Below, piece after piece: positions 49,608 through 64,000 of a DNA stretch of 64,000 nucleotides (position 1 is its first letter; each line of letters opens with the position of its first letter). A model generated the notes under the pieces. It saw only the letters and a program-made list of their open reading frames with translations. It was not told where the DNA came from and searched no databases. Origin of the DNA: Octopus sinensis (taxonomy: Eukaryota); NCBI RefSeq assembly GCF_006345805.1, contig NC_043015.1, forward strand, positions 15,314,001-15,378,000, read 5' to 3'. Position numbers and translations under genes: made by a program.

Positions 49608-50123
49608 AATACTCATACACAGATGTAGTTAGGTTATTTTTATACTTCCATTGCTTTGCTTGTTTTGGAGAATCCAAAAGGCAAGAAAACTATTTATTTC
49701 AGAATTGCTAAAAAAAAAAAAAGAAAAAAAAAGATAGAAATAGAAAATTAAAACATAAATTTTATAATTTGTTTGAATTCATTCTGCCAGTGGCAGTTTC
49801 ATACTTTCTGTTTAGCTATCTTACAGTGAACATTGAAAATCTTACAATTATTTTAGTAGAAAAACAGATCTTTTATTTCTGTGAAAGATGGATGATTTTC
49901 GAGTATTATTGAATATGTTGTAAATGTTATTTTCTCAACACAGGCACAGTGCCCTAGATTTACGTGGGTACAAATATGACTTTATAAACAATATTATGGA
50001 TGTAAGTAAAGCAAAAAGGCTACTACTAGGAATGGAAACCCATGTTCTGTGTTAGACTAACTCTACTGGTTGGTGTTTATTACATGTGTCCATCATTGCA
50101 AAAAGTGCATATTTAATATTTAA

Positions 50124-50335
50124 TCCTTTAGCATTCAAACAGGCCATATCTGACCAAAATATTTTTATGTTAAAGCTGGTCAGATCCAAGATCTCATGCC
50201 TTTCCAACAATGTCATTGTAAAAATAAACAATAACATCATTGAAATCTTGAGGCTATGAGATAATTCATGATTTATACAAAACGATGTGAATATATAAGC
50301 ATTACATTTGACAGAGTAATTTGCAGGCTAAAGGG
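50124..50335. mobile_element. piggyBac-type MITE, complete
   Basis: TTAA|TCCTTTAGC...GCTAAAGGG|TTAA. Confidence 0.85.
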
Positions 50336-51068
50336 TTAAATACTCTAGCAGTGTTTATCTTTTTATTTGTTTCAAGTCAGTGGGCTTTAATCAATTTTAA
50401 TCCAGATGCTGATAGACCAATTCATAGATTAATTCATTAAAACAATGAACTTATTTCTCACATCTTTCTCCCCATATTTCTCTCTCTCTCTTCTAATCTT
50501 GTTTTCTTTTTTTGTATACAAACATTTAGAACTAGAATGATGGCATTTCCAATTTATTGATAATTAAACAAATAGAAATATTCCCAGAAAAATAGAAAAC
50601 TAATAATGTTGAAAGTCTGGACAAGTTAAATATACAGGGAAAAGAAATCATTAGAGCTGCCTGCTAATAATGTCAACAAGTCACATACAAAACTAATTTC
50701 TAAATGAAATAATTATTCCATATAGAAATTTTGAGGTAAATACCTTTGCATCTGTGTGTGTGTGTTTATGAATAAAACAATAATTAAAAAAAAATCTTAA
50801 ATGCTCAATTAAATATATGTCAGCTTACCTCATAACTTTCTATGACTCAAAATTTACTTTTATAGATTTGAGAACATCAAATAGTTTATGCATTTTCTTT
50901 TTAGGAATAAAAAGTCAGAGGAGAAATTGGTTGTCCAATGTCTTGACTCTAACAAGTAATCTACTTCATCTTAATAGTAGATTTATTAGCTTTTGTCTTT
51001 CAGTTTTATGAAAAAAATGTCATTTCTGGCTCTGTAAAGTTCTGATTAAAAACTAATACAAACTGGTA

Positions 51069-51124
<56 letters not shown>

Positions 51125-52537
51125 TATATATATAATATATATATATAATTTGAATGAGTAAAATAAACAATTATGTTCTCATTTTCAAAAGAACTCATTG
51201 TTTATTTAAAATTTTTATCACGGAAAGAAAAAAGTAAGTAAAAAAGAGTGATGTTGTTAATCCTTGATATATTAGATGAAAATCTAGCTGATAATCTATA
51301 CTAATGTATGATCATAGTTGATTTCATAAATATTTTAATGGTGATATTAATGTCTGGAGTTAAAATATGCTTTAGTATAGACTGTTGGAAGTTCAAAGTT
51401 CCAAACTGAATCACCTGAGAACACTATTTATTGCATATCTAAAAAGAATGGCATCCCATGGGGAACAAAGTATACTGCCAAGTTTGTATGCTTTCCAAAT
51501 TCTTATGACTCATAAGGCTTGCATAAGTGTCCAGCTTTTGTATCATAAAGTAAATGAAAGACAAACTTTTTCTCAGATTATCTACCATGGGTAAAATAAT
51601 CTGTTTTAAATGTTACAGTATCTAAGCTATAAGTTTGGAACCTCATTCACTCTATACTTCCATACTATCAAAAGTTTATGACAATGATTTTGTTGTAAAG
51701 CTTTCTAAAAATGAGATTTGTTGTTATTCTCTTCTCTAAGAATCGGAATTTATGATTTATAGTTTTGTATAAATATAGGTAATGATATGAATTTGTAACT
51801 TGTAAAGGGAAGTACAGGTAACAATTGAGGACATACTGACAACTTTTTGGCTGTACTGTGAAATCACGGATGAGACCTACCATCTAGAAGAGAGACACAC
51901 AGAATGCAGTGTGGCTGTAGAGACCACAGTGCTGACAAACAGGTTGAAATGGGGGTATACAGTATAAATAGTTAATCCAAAGAGAGGATAAACTGAGTTT
52001 AGAATGGACATATAAATAACAGTAGAAACATATAAAGTATAAAGTGAACATACAAAAAACCCCAATGTGGAAATATAGACCAAAATAGATATAAATATAG
52101 ATTATACAATTTGATCACAAAGACCATATTCACAATATGCAACTGAAAATGTAACACTGTACAACACAATGCAGAAACACTGAACACAGTAGAATGCTGT
52201 GTATGCATATCGAATATATGATGGATCTATTGGTCAAATTTTAAACATACAGACTGCAATATGGAAATATAGATCTCAGTATAAACATATGTAGTACGAA
52301 ATTTGTGTATATTCACAAAATACTCTCACTTTCTCACAAACATACACATGCATGTATGTGTGCACATGACACACACATGCATAGTGTACCACATTATAAA
52401 CACAAAACTTATATACATATAAGAAAACATAAGAGTGCTCAAAGAAATTAATTTGGAAGTGTACAGTATATAAGTTATTTTTTCACATATATATATATAT
52501 ACATTTTTATGTATGTATAGACATGCATGTGTGTGCA

Positions 52538-52581
<44 letters not shown>

Positions 52582-52653
52582 AACTGTGTATATATATATA
52601 TATGTATATATATATTTAAATATATGAAATATAAATGTGCGTGTATATGTGTG

Positions 52654-52700
<47 letters not shown>

Positions 52701-52771
52701 ATATAGATATACTCTTTTATTTGTTACAGTCATTTGACTGCAGCCATGCTGGAGCACCTGACCCCAGGACT

Positions 52772-52803
<32 letters not shown>

Positions 52804-53171
52804 ATATATATGTTTGTGTGTGTAGTAATGGAATGAATCAGTGAATCAGTAACTGATTCCTAATAAGCATAAAATCTACAACATATACTGAGTACTTTTT
52901 CTTTCATTTGTAAACAAAAACCTGGAGATATATATATATATATATATGATGATGATGATATATATATATTTATATGTGTGAGTGTGTGTGTGTATGTGTG
53001 CATATATGTGTGTGTGTGTGTTGGTATATATATATATGTCTGTATATATACATGTATAATTTAAGTTCGTTTACAGGAAACATTTTTGAATATGCCTATA
53101 AAAGCTCCTATTTCATTATGCCAGCTTTACTTACATTATACATATGTGTGTATAATATACATATAATATAT

Positions 53172-53215
<44 letters not shown>

Positions 53216-53549
53216 ATAATATATATATTATATATATATATATAATATATATATTATATATATATATGCATACATACATATATACACACACACATACATA
53301 TATGTATACATATATGCATACACATGCACACATATATATGTATTGTTTCTAATTTAGGCAGGAAGCCAGTAATTGTGAGGGGCGGGATTGGTTGATTGTC
53401 ATCAACCCCAGTACTTAACCAGCATTTTATTCTATCAACTTCAGAAAGATAAAAGGCAAAGATGGCTTCCATGGTATTTAAACTCAGATTGTAAAGGGCC
53501 AGAAGAAATATTGCAAAGTATTTCTCTGTTGGCTAATGATTCTGCACAG

Positions 53550-53600
<51 letters not shown>

Positions 53601-54446
53601 TATAATATATATATACACACACATACATATACATACATACATATATATATATATATATTATATATATATAATATATATATATATATAGTACATAACAGGA
53701 AAATAGAAATTTTTTTGTATTATTTATTCTCTATTACACAAGTTTCATTTGCTATTAGGAATTACAGCGTTTTATCTACATGTCATATACACATGTAAGA
53801 AATTTCCAATTAGAAATTCTTCAAACAGGGAGAAAAAAAATTTTATAATACCAAAATATAATCTTTTTTTCTCTGTCTGGCAAATTTCTTAGATGAACTT
53901 CCTTACATGTCTATATGACAAGTAAAGCTCTGTTATTTCTATTAGCAAATGAAACATGTGGAACGGAAAATAAATAGTACCCCGAAATTTCTAATTCCCT
54001 CTTTTGTTATACAGTAACTCTGCAAATAATATTTCCATGATCCTCAATTTTAATATGCATTTTGAATTAACATACAGCAGCAACTGTGGCTACATAGTGA
54101 TTGTAACAATGGAATAAGCAGATGTGCTTCAAGAGGAAACACCTGGGAGTTACCCAAGCTACCTACCTATATATATATATATTATATATATATATATATA
54201 TTTATACACACACACACACACATATGTATATATACTTAAATAGAGGTTAAAAAAGCCACCTTAAGGGATCAAAAACATCCAATGAATTACTGGTTTGTTA
54301 CCTATTATTTTGTTGTGAATAGTAATATTCCTAAAATGATAGGTTTAAATATAAATCTTGGTTTATAAATATTCAAATTAAAATCCAGAAAATGGAGAAA
54401 ATTATATTAATGCTACTTCTTCATTTTCTGGATTTTAATTTGAATA

Positions 54447-54503
<57 letters not shown>

Positions 54504-57041
54504 TATATATATAATATATATATATTATATATATATTATATATAATATATATATTATATATATATATATATATATAATATATATTATATATATATACATA
54601 TATATATATATACAAATTATATATATTATATATACATATATATAATATATGTATATATAAAATATGTATACACACATACATATATATATGAATGTTTGTA
54701 TACGTATTGACGAGGAGTAAGAAAACAGTTCAGTCATTCAAGGCCTATTTTTTTTTTACCTTTCTTAGTTCAAGAATAAAGTGCTATTGAATGTTTAAAG
54801 ATCTATATTCTTGGTAATCCAAGATTAAAATAATTATCTTCTTTTCTCTTTTTCATTTCAAAATACATTAAAAAAAAATTATAAGAATACATTGTATTGG
54901 CACCAAACTATGGATGGCTTGGGTAATGAAAACATTCTATTAAATGTTTTGAAAACATTCCTAAAGATGTTTATAGAAAGCAATGAGATTTTCTTCTTGT
55001 TCTTTATATTTTAAAACAGCTGAGCTGTAGGCAAGAACAATGTTGAAAGCCTATTGACTAATAAGTGAAATTTGTCAAAATGTTTCAAAAGTATTTGATT
55101 GATGAAGTGTTACATTCAGTTATAAACAGATCCATTGTTACAGACTCAATAAGCTTGTATTGTAGTAAAAAATATATTACAGTGTGTTACTATATAAATT
55201 ATGCTTCTGTGAAAACGTTTACTGTATTGAATACAAGTTTTATTTTGTCAATAATTAACTCTAGCTACATGTCATTAAATTTTCATCTGAATAAAATAAA
55301 TATATTTTCCTCATTGCTAGGTCAATGAAGAAAGACATGTAGAATTAAGTGTCCTATTCAGAAACAGATAAAAGAAGCTTGAAGCAGATTAGAACTGAAG
55401 ACTCTGGAATTGTAGTTCACTTTATCTACTCAGCCATTTGCTGTTTGCTTCTATAGAATGTATATCTTTTTGTGATCTACATTTTGTGATCTACATTTTC
55501 GTATTATTTCTGGTATAAAAATTGAGCGATTTTTCTATATTATGGCAATACTTGTCACCTGAGAAGATCGGTAGTATTGGAGGGAAATGAAAGGATTGAG
55601 AAAGGTTAACGACAGTGAAATTGAATAACTGGTGTGAGCAAATAAGTAGAATGGGAGTTTGACTAATGTAGTAAAACAATATTGTGGTACAGAACAGAAC
55701 TTTAATTGTAATGAATAAATGTGAAGTGACTGGGAAAACTGTGTTTGCTTTCCCTCAATAAACAGTATTACTAATAAGGGATGTTAGCATTTAATTATAC
55801 GTATGATCTATGCATGATATCTGTTTTTATTATCATGTTTACATCTGGTATCAGAGTAATCCTAGATGGAGAAAGTTTGATGTCATGAAAACTAGGTTGA
55901 GCTCTATTACGCTACAATTCTTTTCAATTACCAGTGGAGAATAAAAAGTTGGAAAAGTCATGTGTGGTAGCTTCAATGTTATCCTTTCGAGTTAGCTGTA
56001 ATATTTGTGTTAGACATCAGCTATTAATTCTTGTGAACATGACTAGGGAACTCATATTATATGTTAGGAAGGTTTGCATAGACAATTATATTATGATGAA
56101 ATGATACATATCTCATGAATGATTTGCATCCCAGTAACACCAGAGGTAATGGTATAAGTATAGCTTTAGTGCTTTGCAGACATATGGGATGGAGCATCTC
56201 AGTAGTGATGGCAGGGAAATTTCAGCAACTGTCTTAGGTAAAGTAACAAATAAATGCTAATAAAACCTCTGATAATATTGTAGTTTTCTGAAACTTATTA
56301 GCTGTTAGCCTTTATAAATTAAAGAATTAAAGAATTATTTAATGACTAGATCATTAACAGAATAGTGTCCAAATGTAAATGATAATTGATAGCATCTTTC
56401 TGTCAACTGATTTTCAGTGGCTTTTGATCCCCTAAGAATTCCAGCAACTGAAAGGATACTGATATCTTTGATTATTTAAATCTGATAGAGAGAAAAAAAT
56501 AATAAAATTATAGAGAAATCCTGTTGTGTGTAATTGCATGAAAATTAATATATGTAATTTTTGGAAATGTGTGTATTAAGTCAGAATGAAACAAAAAGAA
56601 TGAGAAAATCAAAAACAAACATATGTATTGCAAAGTTCCAGTTAGAAGAAAGCTATTGGCACCGAAAAAGGAGTGGAATGAGAAACAATGAGATAATGGT
56701 ATACTTGGATAGGGTTTTATGGTTAAAGTATAACAAGATGCCAGTAGTATGTTGCAGGTATACCAGTTGATAAATAGACTTGTTACTAGTCAAGTTGAGG
56801 CACTGTGTGTCTCAATAGGAGTTAAATGGCCCAGAATTTACCTGTTTTTGCTCTCTTTTCTGACATCTCTTGTTGTCACAGAAGCTTACACTACATGGTA
56901 CTAAATTAGAAACAGTTGGAATGGATGCGTTTTGAACACTTGAAATGCTATTGTTAGAATAGCAAACCAGGTGCAAAGTTGATAGATCCTTGATAATCTT
57001 GTTTATGATAGTCATTTTTTTTTAATCAATGATTTTTTTTT

Positions 57042-57269
57042 TCAGTCCAAAAGTAAGCTAAAAGTAGTTTGATAGGATCCTTCTCTGAAGTTGGAAGCCC
57101 ACACTGAACATGTAATTGTCACAGCCATTGATCTTTTGATTCCTTTGAACATGATGAAAACCAGAGGGGACAAGTAATTTTCCTGTCCATGGTATGGAAA
57201 GTAATAAAGAGGGAAACCAGCCATAGGTTTATAAATCACTTCACCCATATTATCTTGATCCACTGGGGT
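57042..57269 (-). CDS. Na+/K+-ATPase beta subunit (ATP1B/nervana-like), last coding exon; upstream exons not found in window
   Basis: TPVDQDNMGEVIYKPMAGFPLYYFPYHGQENYLSPLVFIMF...ITCSVWASNF...LLD* matches the family motifs GF..YYPY...GYLSPLV and C..WA.N; TTTTAG acceptor immediately upstream on - strand. Confidence 0.88.
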   Translation of the reverse strand, partial: TPVDQDNMGEVIYKPMAGFPLYYFPYHGQENYLSPLVFIMFKGIKRSMAVTITCSVWASNFREGSYQTTFSLLLD

Positions 57270-57511
57270 CTAAAATAAAGATAAAACAGCCCAAAATGAA
57301 GTATAATTTCAGAAAATAAACAAACATTTAAATAGTTATTATATACATGCAACCATACTTAGTCATGATGTAAAGAGTATTTAGGTTTAAAATCCAAGCA
57401 TCTGATCAAGGAAGCTGATGTACAGTTTGGAATATCTTTAGCAGTCTCTCATCTCATCTTCTTATATCTGCTGTCACATGCTCTTTGAGTGAGGCCTAAA
57501 CTTCAATTTAA

Positions 57512-57730
57512 CCCTTTAGCATTCAGATTCTTCTATGAAATGTAATACTTATTCATTCACATTGTTTTAAATTAATAATGCATTATCTTTAAGCTTCAAG
57601 TTATTGATGATGTGATTGTTTAATTTTAGAATGACATTGTAGGGTGGTTGTGAGAAACCAGATCTGGCTGGGTTTGAACATAAAACAAGAAGAATATTTG
57701 AGCCAGATATGATTAGTTTACATGCTAAAG
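57512..57730 (+). mobile_element. piggyBac-type MITE
   Basis: TTAA|CCCTTTAGCATTC...ATGCTAAAG. Confidence 0.75.
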
Positions 57731-57914
57731 CATCAAAGAAAGTTGAGATGATTTGACATGAAACTAATGAGATGGATTAAAACAACTTGAAATACTCTTT
57801 ACAGTAAAACAAAGTATATCATGTTAATATGATGTGTTAATTGAAAGGTTATCTAAAATTCATTAGTTTATTATAATAATTGTAACTGTTGTTGTTTGGC
57901 ATAAATGTATGTGC

Positions 57915-58820
<906 letters not shown>

Positions 58821-59697
58821 TTCTTATTTAAGATTGTAGATTGTAATATAAGAGAGGTTTTGCTTGTATTTCTAGAAAGTCAAGTGACCAGATAGTATCT
58901 TGTAGGTAATTTTATTAGGGTTATACTAATTTGCTTATGAATGTTTGTGGTTATGATAATAAATACTTACATTTCCCTGACACGTTACAGGTAATGTCCA
59001 TGGTTCAATGTCTAGCATTTCCTCTAAATTCACTGGAAAATTTGTGTCATTTTCAGAAAATGGAATTGGTCTCAGTTCTTGAGGCTGGAAAAAAAAATCA
59101 TTATATTAATTACATAACAAACTCAATCAATGTGGTTAAAGAAGTGTAAAAAATTTAAATATATGATCTTCTATTGGAGTCAAACATCTCCAGAAACATT
59201 TAGCCAGATGTCTATCATTGGACATAGGTATCTGTGAAAATACTAGATAATTAAGTCTTAATTAAAATAGTCTTTGAAAAATCATGTTAGATATGTATTG
59301 CTTTGTAAGCTCAAGAAATACATGAGAAATTAATGTCAAACTAGGTTTATACAAAAGTGGACAAAATTATTGGGCTGGTAGCTGCAGTTTAATGTGGATA
59401 AAATACCTGTTTGATTTGATTGTCATCTGTTGTCAGCTGCACTTGAAGTGCATTGTTGGGTGACCTCTTGGAAATTGGTAATTATAAAATTTTAATTCAA
59501 GTTGATATTCATTGACCAACAACAACACTCCATAGAAGCAATACTTAACTTTCTGTATTCTTAAGCTGGTAAAATATAAACCTCACAGCCAAGAAACAGT
59601 GCTTAGCCTATTTGAAATAGCATTCCCCAAAAGGCTTGATGTCATTAATGCACATAGAATAAAATTATCTGAACGAATCCAGGAAAATGTTCAATAT

Positions 59698-59854
59698 AAG
59701 TGCAGAAGTGGCTGTGTGGTAAGTAGCTTGCTCACCAACCACATGGTTCTGGGTTCAGTCCCACTGTGTGTGACCTTGGGCAAGTGTCTTCTACTTGGGC
59801 TGACCAAAGCCTTGTGAGTAGATTTGATAGATGGAAACTGAAAGAAGCCCGTCG

Positions 59855-59887
<33 letters not shown>

Positions 59888-60108
59888 GTATGTGTATATG
59901 TTTGTCCCCCCCCCCCCAGCATCGCTTGACAACCAATGCTGGTGTGTTTACGTCCCCGTAACTTAGCGGTTCGGCAAAAGAGACCGATAGAATAAGTACT
60001 AGGCTTACAAAGAATAAGTCCTAGGGGTTGATTTGCTCGACTAAAGGTGGTGCTCCAGCATGGCTGCAGTCAAATGACTGAAACAAGTAAAAGAGTAAAG
60101 AGAGAGTA
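59698..60108 (+). mobile_element. Full-length young tRNA-derived SINE
   Basis: GTGGCTGTGTGGTAAG A-box-like, GGGTTCAGTCCC B-box-like, central domain, TA/TG linker, (GTAAAAGA) tail. Confidence 0.9.
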
Positions 60109-61399
60109 TCCATTCAACTGTAATCTATAAAAAGTACTTTAGTAAATAAACATTGTCAGCAAATTCACTGATGTGCAAAATTAGTATAGTGCCAGCTGTT
60201 CTTCATAATTTTTAGAGTCATTAGCAATTCTCTCTATCTCTCCTCCTCTCTTTCTCATTCCCTGTAACTTGAATGAAGTAAACACTTTTAATGAACTTGT
60301 AAAACCAGGTGAGTGGTTCTTCAATGTTCTGAAGTGAGAAATCCCTGGTTTAACTTTGATGTCATGTGTGAGGTTAAAAATATGCTTATTAATCAATACA
60401 TATAAATTTATTTACAACTAATTCACAAATGTATCAACTCAGCACCTCAGTTAATATGTCCATCTGTCTGTCCATCTGTCCATCTGTCTGTCCATCTGTC
60501 CATCTGTCTGTCCATCTATCTATCTTCACAGACATGTTTAAAAAGCAAGGTGTAAAAGAAAACTTTCTCTAAAATGAAATTATAGCATCATACCTTTCAA
60601 CAGTGTATATAAATTTAGTATGATATACAGATGGCGATTTTAATTTAATCTTGTTTCTATTGCAGTCATGGAGTTACTACAATTTTTATTAATTATTACA
60701 AAGTATTACTTTTCATCATTTTTAATAATTTTCTTAATATGCATGTTGATGTATGTACATGTATGTATTATACATGCATATATGTGTATGCATGTTAGTA
60801 ATTATGTATGTACATATAAATATTTTTTGCATTTTTATATTAGATTCATATATTGCTGCATGATTTTATATCAAAAAAATAAATTTTATATAAATTTTAT
60901 GCTTTCATGTATTATTATTATAACCTTCTCATCACACTCCCCATACAGTTTATTACTATATTCTTAGAAGTACCATTGATAGGAAGAATAAAAATGTAAA
61001 GAGAATATGGAGATATTGATAAGATTTAAAACAAAGAAAACAAGTAATGAGGACAAGTAATAAAAAGAATAAAAGTACAGACTAAAGCTATAAGACCACC
61101 ATAGGAGTTATTGCCTGATATTAAACTAATTAGGGTTGAAATTAAATAAAATCATTAAAAAATAAGTTATTGATCATACAGGAAAAATTTAAGCAGGATG
61201 CTATTAAGATATAGATAACACTTTTTATACAATCACCTGTTATAATGCTGGAGAAACACAAAGAATAAGAATGCTATCTCTGACTCTGTTAAAATTAGGT
61301 ATGTTAGTTAAATGGAATTTTCAAGAAAGTTTTATTGAATTGTTTGGAAACAAGCATAATAATTTGTTATGCTTGTTAATTACAGCTGATCTATACCTG

Positions 61400-61880
61400 A
61401 AAATTTCAAGAGCTTCCATTGAGCATAAATTACAGCCACCTTCTGTGTATGGGAGTGATGTATGGATATAACTGACCATAAAATTGAGTAGTCATTATTG
61501 CTCTTTTTGAGATCCAAGATAAATTTAGTTTGGAAGATGCTCAGAGCTTTCCTTTTATTATAAAAGAGATGTATATGATAAGGAAATCTAAATTTGAATT
61601 TAGATATGGCACTTCTGCAATAATGAACTTTATCTGCTGTTTTAACAGAACATTTATGAACTAAATTATTTCTAAGCAATTGGTTATTTGAAGGGCATAT
61701 ATTTTGATCCCCATAGTTACACATACTATTAGGATTACTATCTGAAGAGACACTGGATATTGCATTTGTATTATTGCTGTTGCTAAGAGAGGGAAATTAA
61801 AAGTACACACCTTATTATTAAACCTATTTAATTTATCGTTAACAGTTGCTATCTTACTAGCTAAAGTAAGCATTATAGAA
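61400..61880 (-). mobile_element. Ancient Penelope-like GIY-YIG C-terminal remnant
   Basis: SKFKFRFPYHIHLF..KFILDLKKSNNDYSILWSV resembles the PLE FK.R...H..F..LS..IW.LK....Y.I.W.I pattern. Confidence 0.5.
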
Positions 61881-62759
61881 TACACAAACTTCTCTGTATA
61901 CCCATTAAAGATTTTACTATGCTTACTAGGAGTTCAATGCTTCTCCAAAGCCCTATAGAAAATTTCAGGATAATCTGAGACTACATTAATTCCAAAAAAG
62001 CAAGAAGGGGCTTAAACCATGTAATGTTTTCTATGTAACTTTCTTCTGCCAGTTTATTGTTTTAAGAGTAGTGGGGATAATCCTAGATTCAATCATTCTT
62101 GTGCTTTCTTAGAATGTGCAATAAATACCATCTGACTTATTATATTTATATTCAATCTTTCAACTCCTAGTAGGTTGAGGCCTGATTCTTGATTTGTCTA
62201 GATTTGGCACAGGCTTCACCATGTGACAAGTAATATTCCTAGTGATGCCTTTTATAGTAGTTAATGCTTCCAAGATGAGCTGAATACAACCCCCTATCCT
62301 GTCATTAGGGTCATACTTTCTATACCTATGTTTGTGGAGAAATGTGTATCACCTAACTTAAAATTAGATGATAACATTTACATGAAGAAAAGAAAGGATG
62401 TAAACCAGATCACATTGTGATGGCATTATCTTTTTTGGAGGGTTTGGTTTGGAGTGTATGTGATCTCTTTAAGTTTGCTTGCCACAAGAGCAGTATCATA
62501 TCATGATAGTGGGGAGTGGACACAAAATCCTTCTGCTCATTCCTTTAATTAGTTTCTTAAATGCCATGGTTGGGCAGTAATAACATTTTCTCTTTTCTGA
62601 AAAGCTTTACACAAAGAACTTCTGTAACAGTTATTGTTTTTTTAGCATTGTTCAACTTAACAACCCCATCTGTTAAATGCATGGCATTAGTACCTTTACA
62701 CAAAAAAGTCTAACATAATTTGTTGGTATGATATTCATTAATCTATCTGCTTGTCTGTC

Positions 62760-62763
62760 TGTA

Positions 62764-62859
<96 letters not shown>

Positions 62860-62925
62860 CATCTATCCATCCATCCATCCATCCATCCATCCATCCATCC
62901 ATCCATCCATCCAACCATCCATCCA
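62760..62925. repeat. (TATC)n-(CATC)n compound microsatellite
   Basis: Direct observation. Confidence 0.97.
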
Positions 62926-63142
62926 TCTATTTGTCTTGTCTATTTATCTATCTCTTCATAGATATATGTGTGTGTGTGTAATCTGTATATATACTTAATG
63001 TAGTTACAAACTGTTGAACAGCAATAGAGACCAGTAGTGGCAGTGGCAAGTAGCATTCCTTAATCTGGGATTCTGGCTTTCTTTTAGCTTCCTCAGTAGT
63101 AAATATCCACTAGTACCAAATGCCAAGCAAACATATTTATAC

Positions 63143-63153
63143 ACGCACACATA

Positions 63154-63194
<41 letters not shown>

Positions 63195-63218
63195 ACATAC
63201 ACACACACATGCATGCGT

Positions 63219-63252
<34 letters not shown>

Positions 63253-63300
63253 ACATACACACACACATGCATGCGTGCACACACACACACACACACACAA
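63143..63300. repeat. (CA)n array with a duplicated interrupting unit
   Basis: CAGGTACATACACACACACATGCATGCGTGCAC occurs twice. Confidence 0.9.
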
Positions 63301-64000
63301 ACATAATATGTGTATGTATACAGAATAGGTTGCCACTTAATAGTTTCCACCTACCAAATTCATACACACAGTATTAGTCAAAACAGTGCTGTAGTTGAAA
63401 ATAACTCAGTTTGTGGGGTGCAGTGGGACTGAACCCTAGGACCATGTGGCTACAAAGCAAATTTGTCAACCACATGTTTATATGGGGAATAAAATCATTT
63501 TCAGTAATAGGGAACCCAGTACAAAAATGTAGATTCTAATAGTTATATTCAAAAGCTGGACTGATCATTGATTGTACTGCATCTGAGAGTTTCATCATCC
63601 ATCAGGTAACCACGTAAATATTTTTTTATGCAGTGAATATTGGAATAATAATAAAGAAGAAAGTCAATTTTAAATAATCTTTGAATTATTACTGACGTGT
63701 CTATATTTACTCTTCTTTATAAAACTATATTAAAAATTTAAACTGCTAAAATAACATTTATGTATATATTTTCTTTTCATTTTTTTCATGTTGCATAACA
63801 TGCAATATATCCATAGTTTATGAAAGTGTTCAAAGGTAAGACATAAATGATTGTTAAACATTATAAGTTAAACCAAAGTCAGTTATTAATATCTTAAAAT
63901 ACATTTCTATTTTAGATATTTATCTTACTAAAATACAGTTATATTTTTGATATCAAGTTTTATGAAGCAAGACCAGCTATAAGTAAAGAGACTGCAACTT

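Overview
AT-rich, microsatellite- and transposon-dense eukaryotic genomic DNA. The SINE/RTE repertoire looks like Octopus (coleoid cephalopod); that assignment is inference from recalled repeat families. The window holds one complete gene that I spliced by hand: PCID2 (+ strand, 15 coding exons, 4784-31394, 1200 nt = 399 aa + stop). It also holds the last coding exon of a convergent Na+/K+-ATPase beta subunit gene (- strand, 57042-57269). The rest is mostly mobile DNA: tRNA-derived SINEs, RTE LINE fragments, Penelope-like GIY-YIG fragments, a near full-length decayed mariner, a piggyBac fragment, and Merlin-like, hAT, Tc1/pogo and piggyBac MITEs. The most unusual signal is PCID2 intron 4. It is a minor-spliceosome (U12) intron with a perfect ATATCCTTT donor, and its 3' end offers three acceptors 2 nt apart (AC, AT, AG). 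Only the rare AT keeps the reading frame, implying an AT-AT intron. I found no prokaryotic systems or CRISPR, and no convincing wholly novel protein system.
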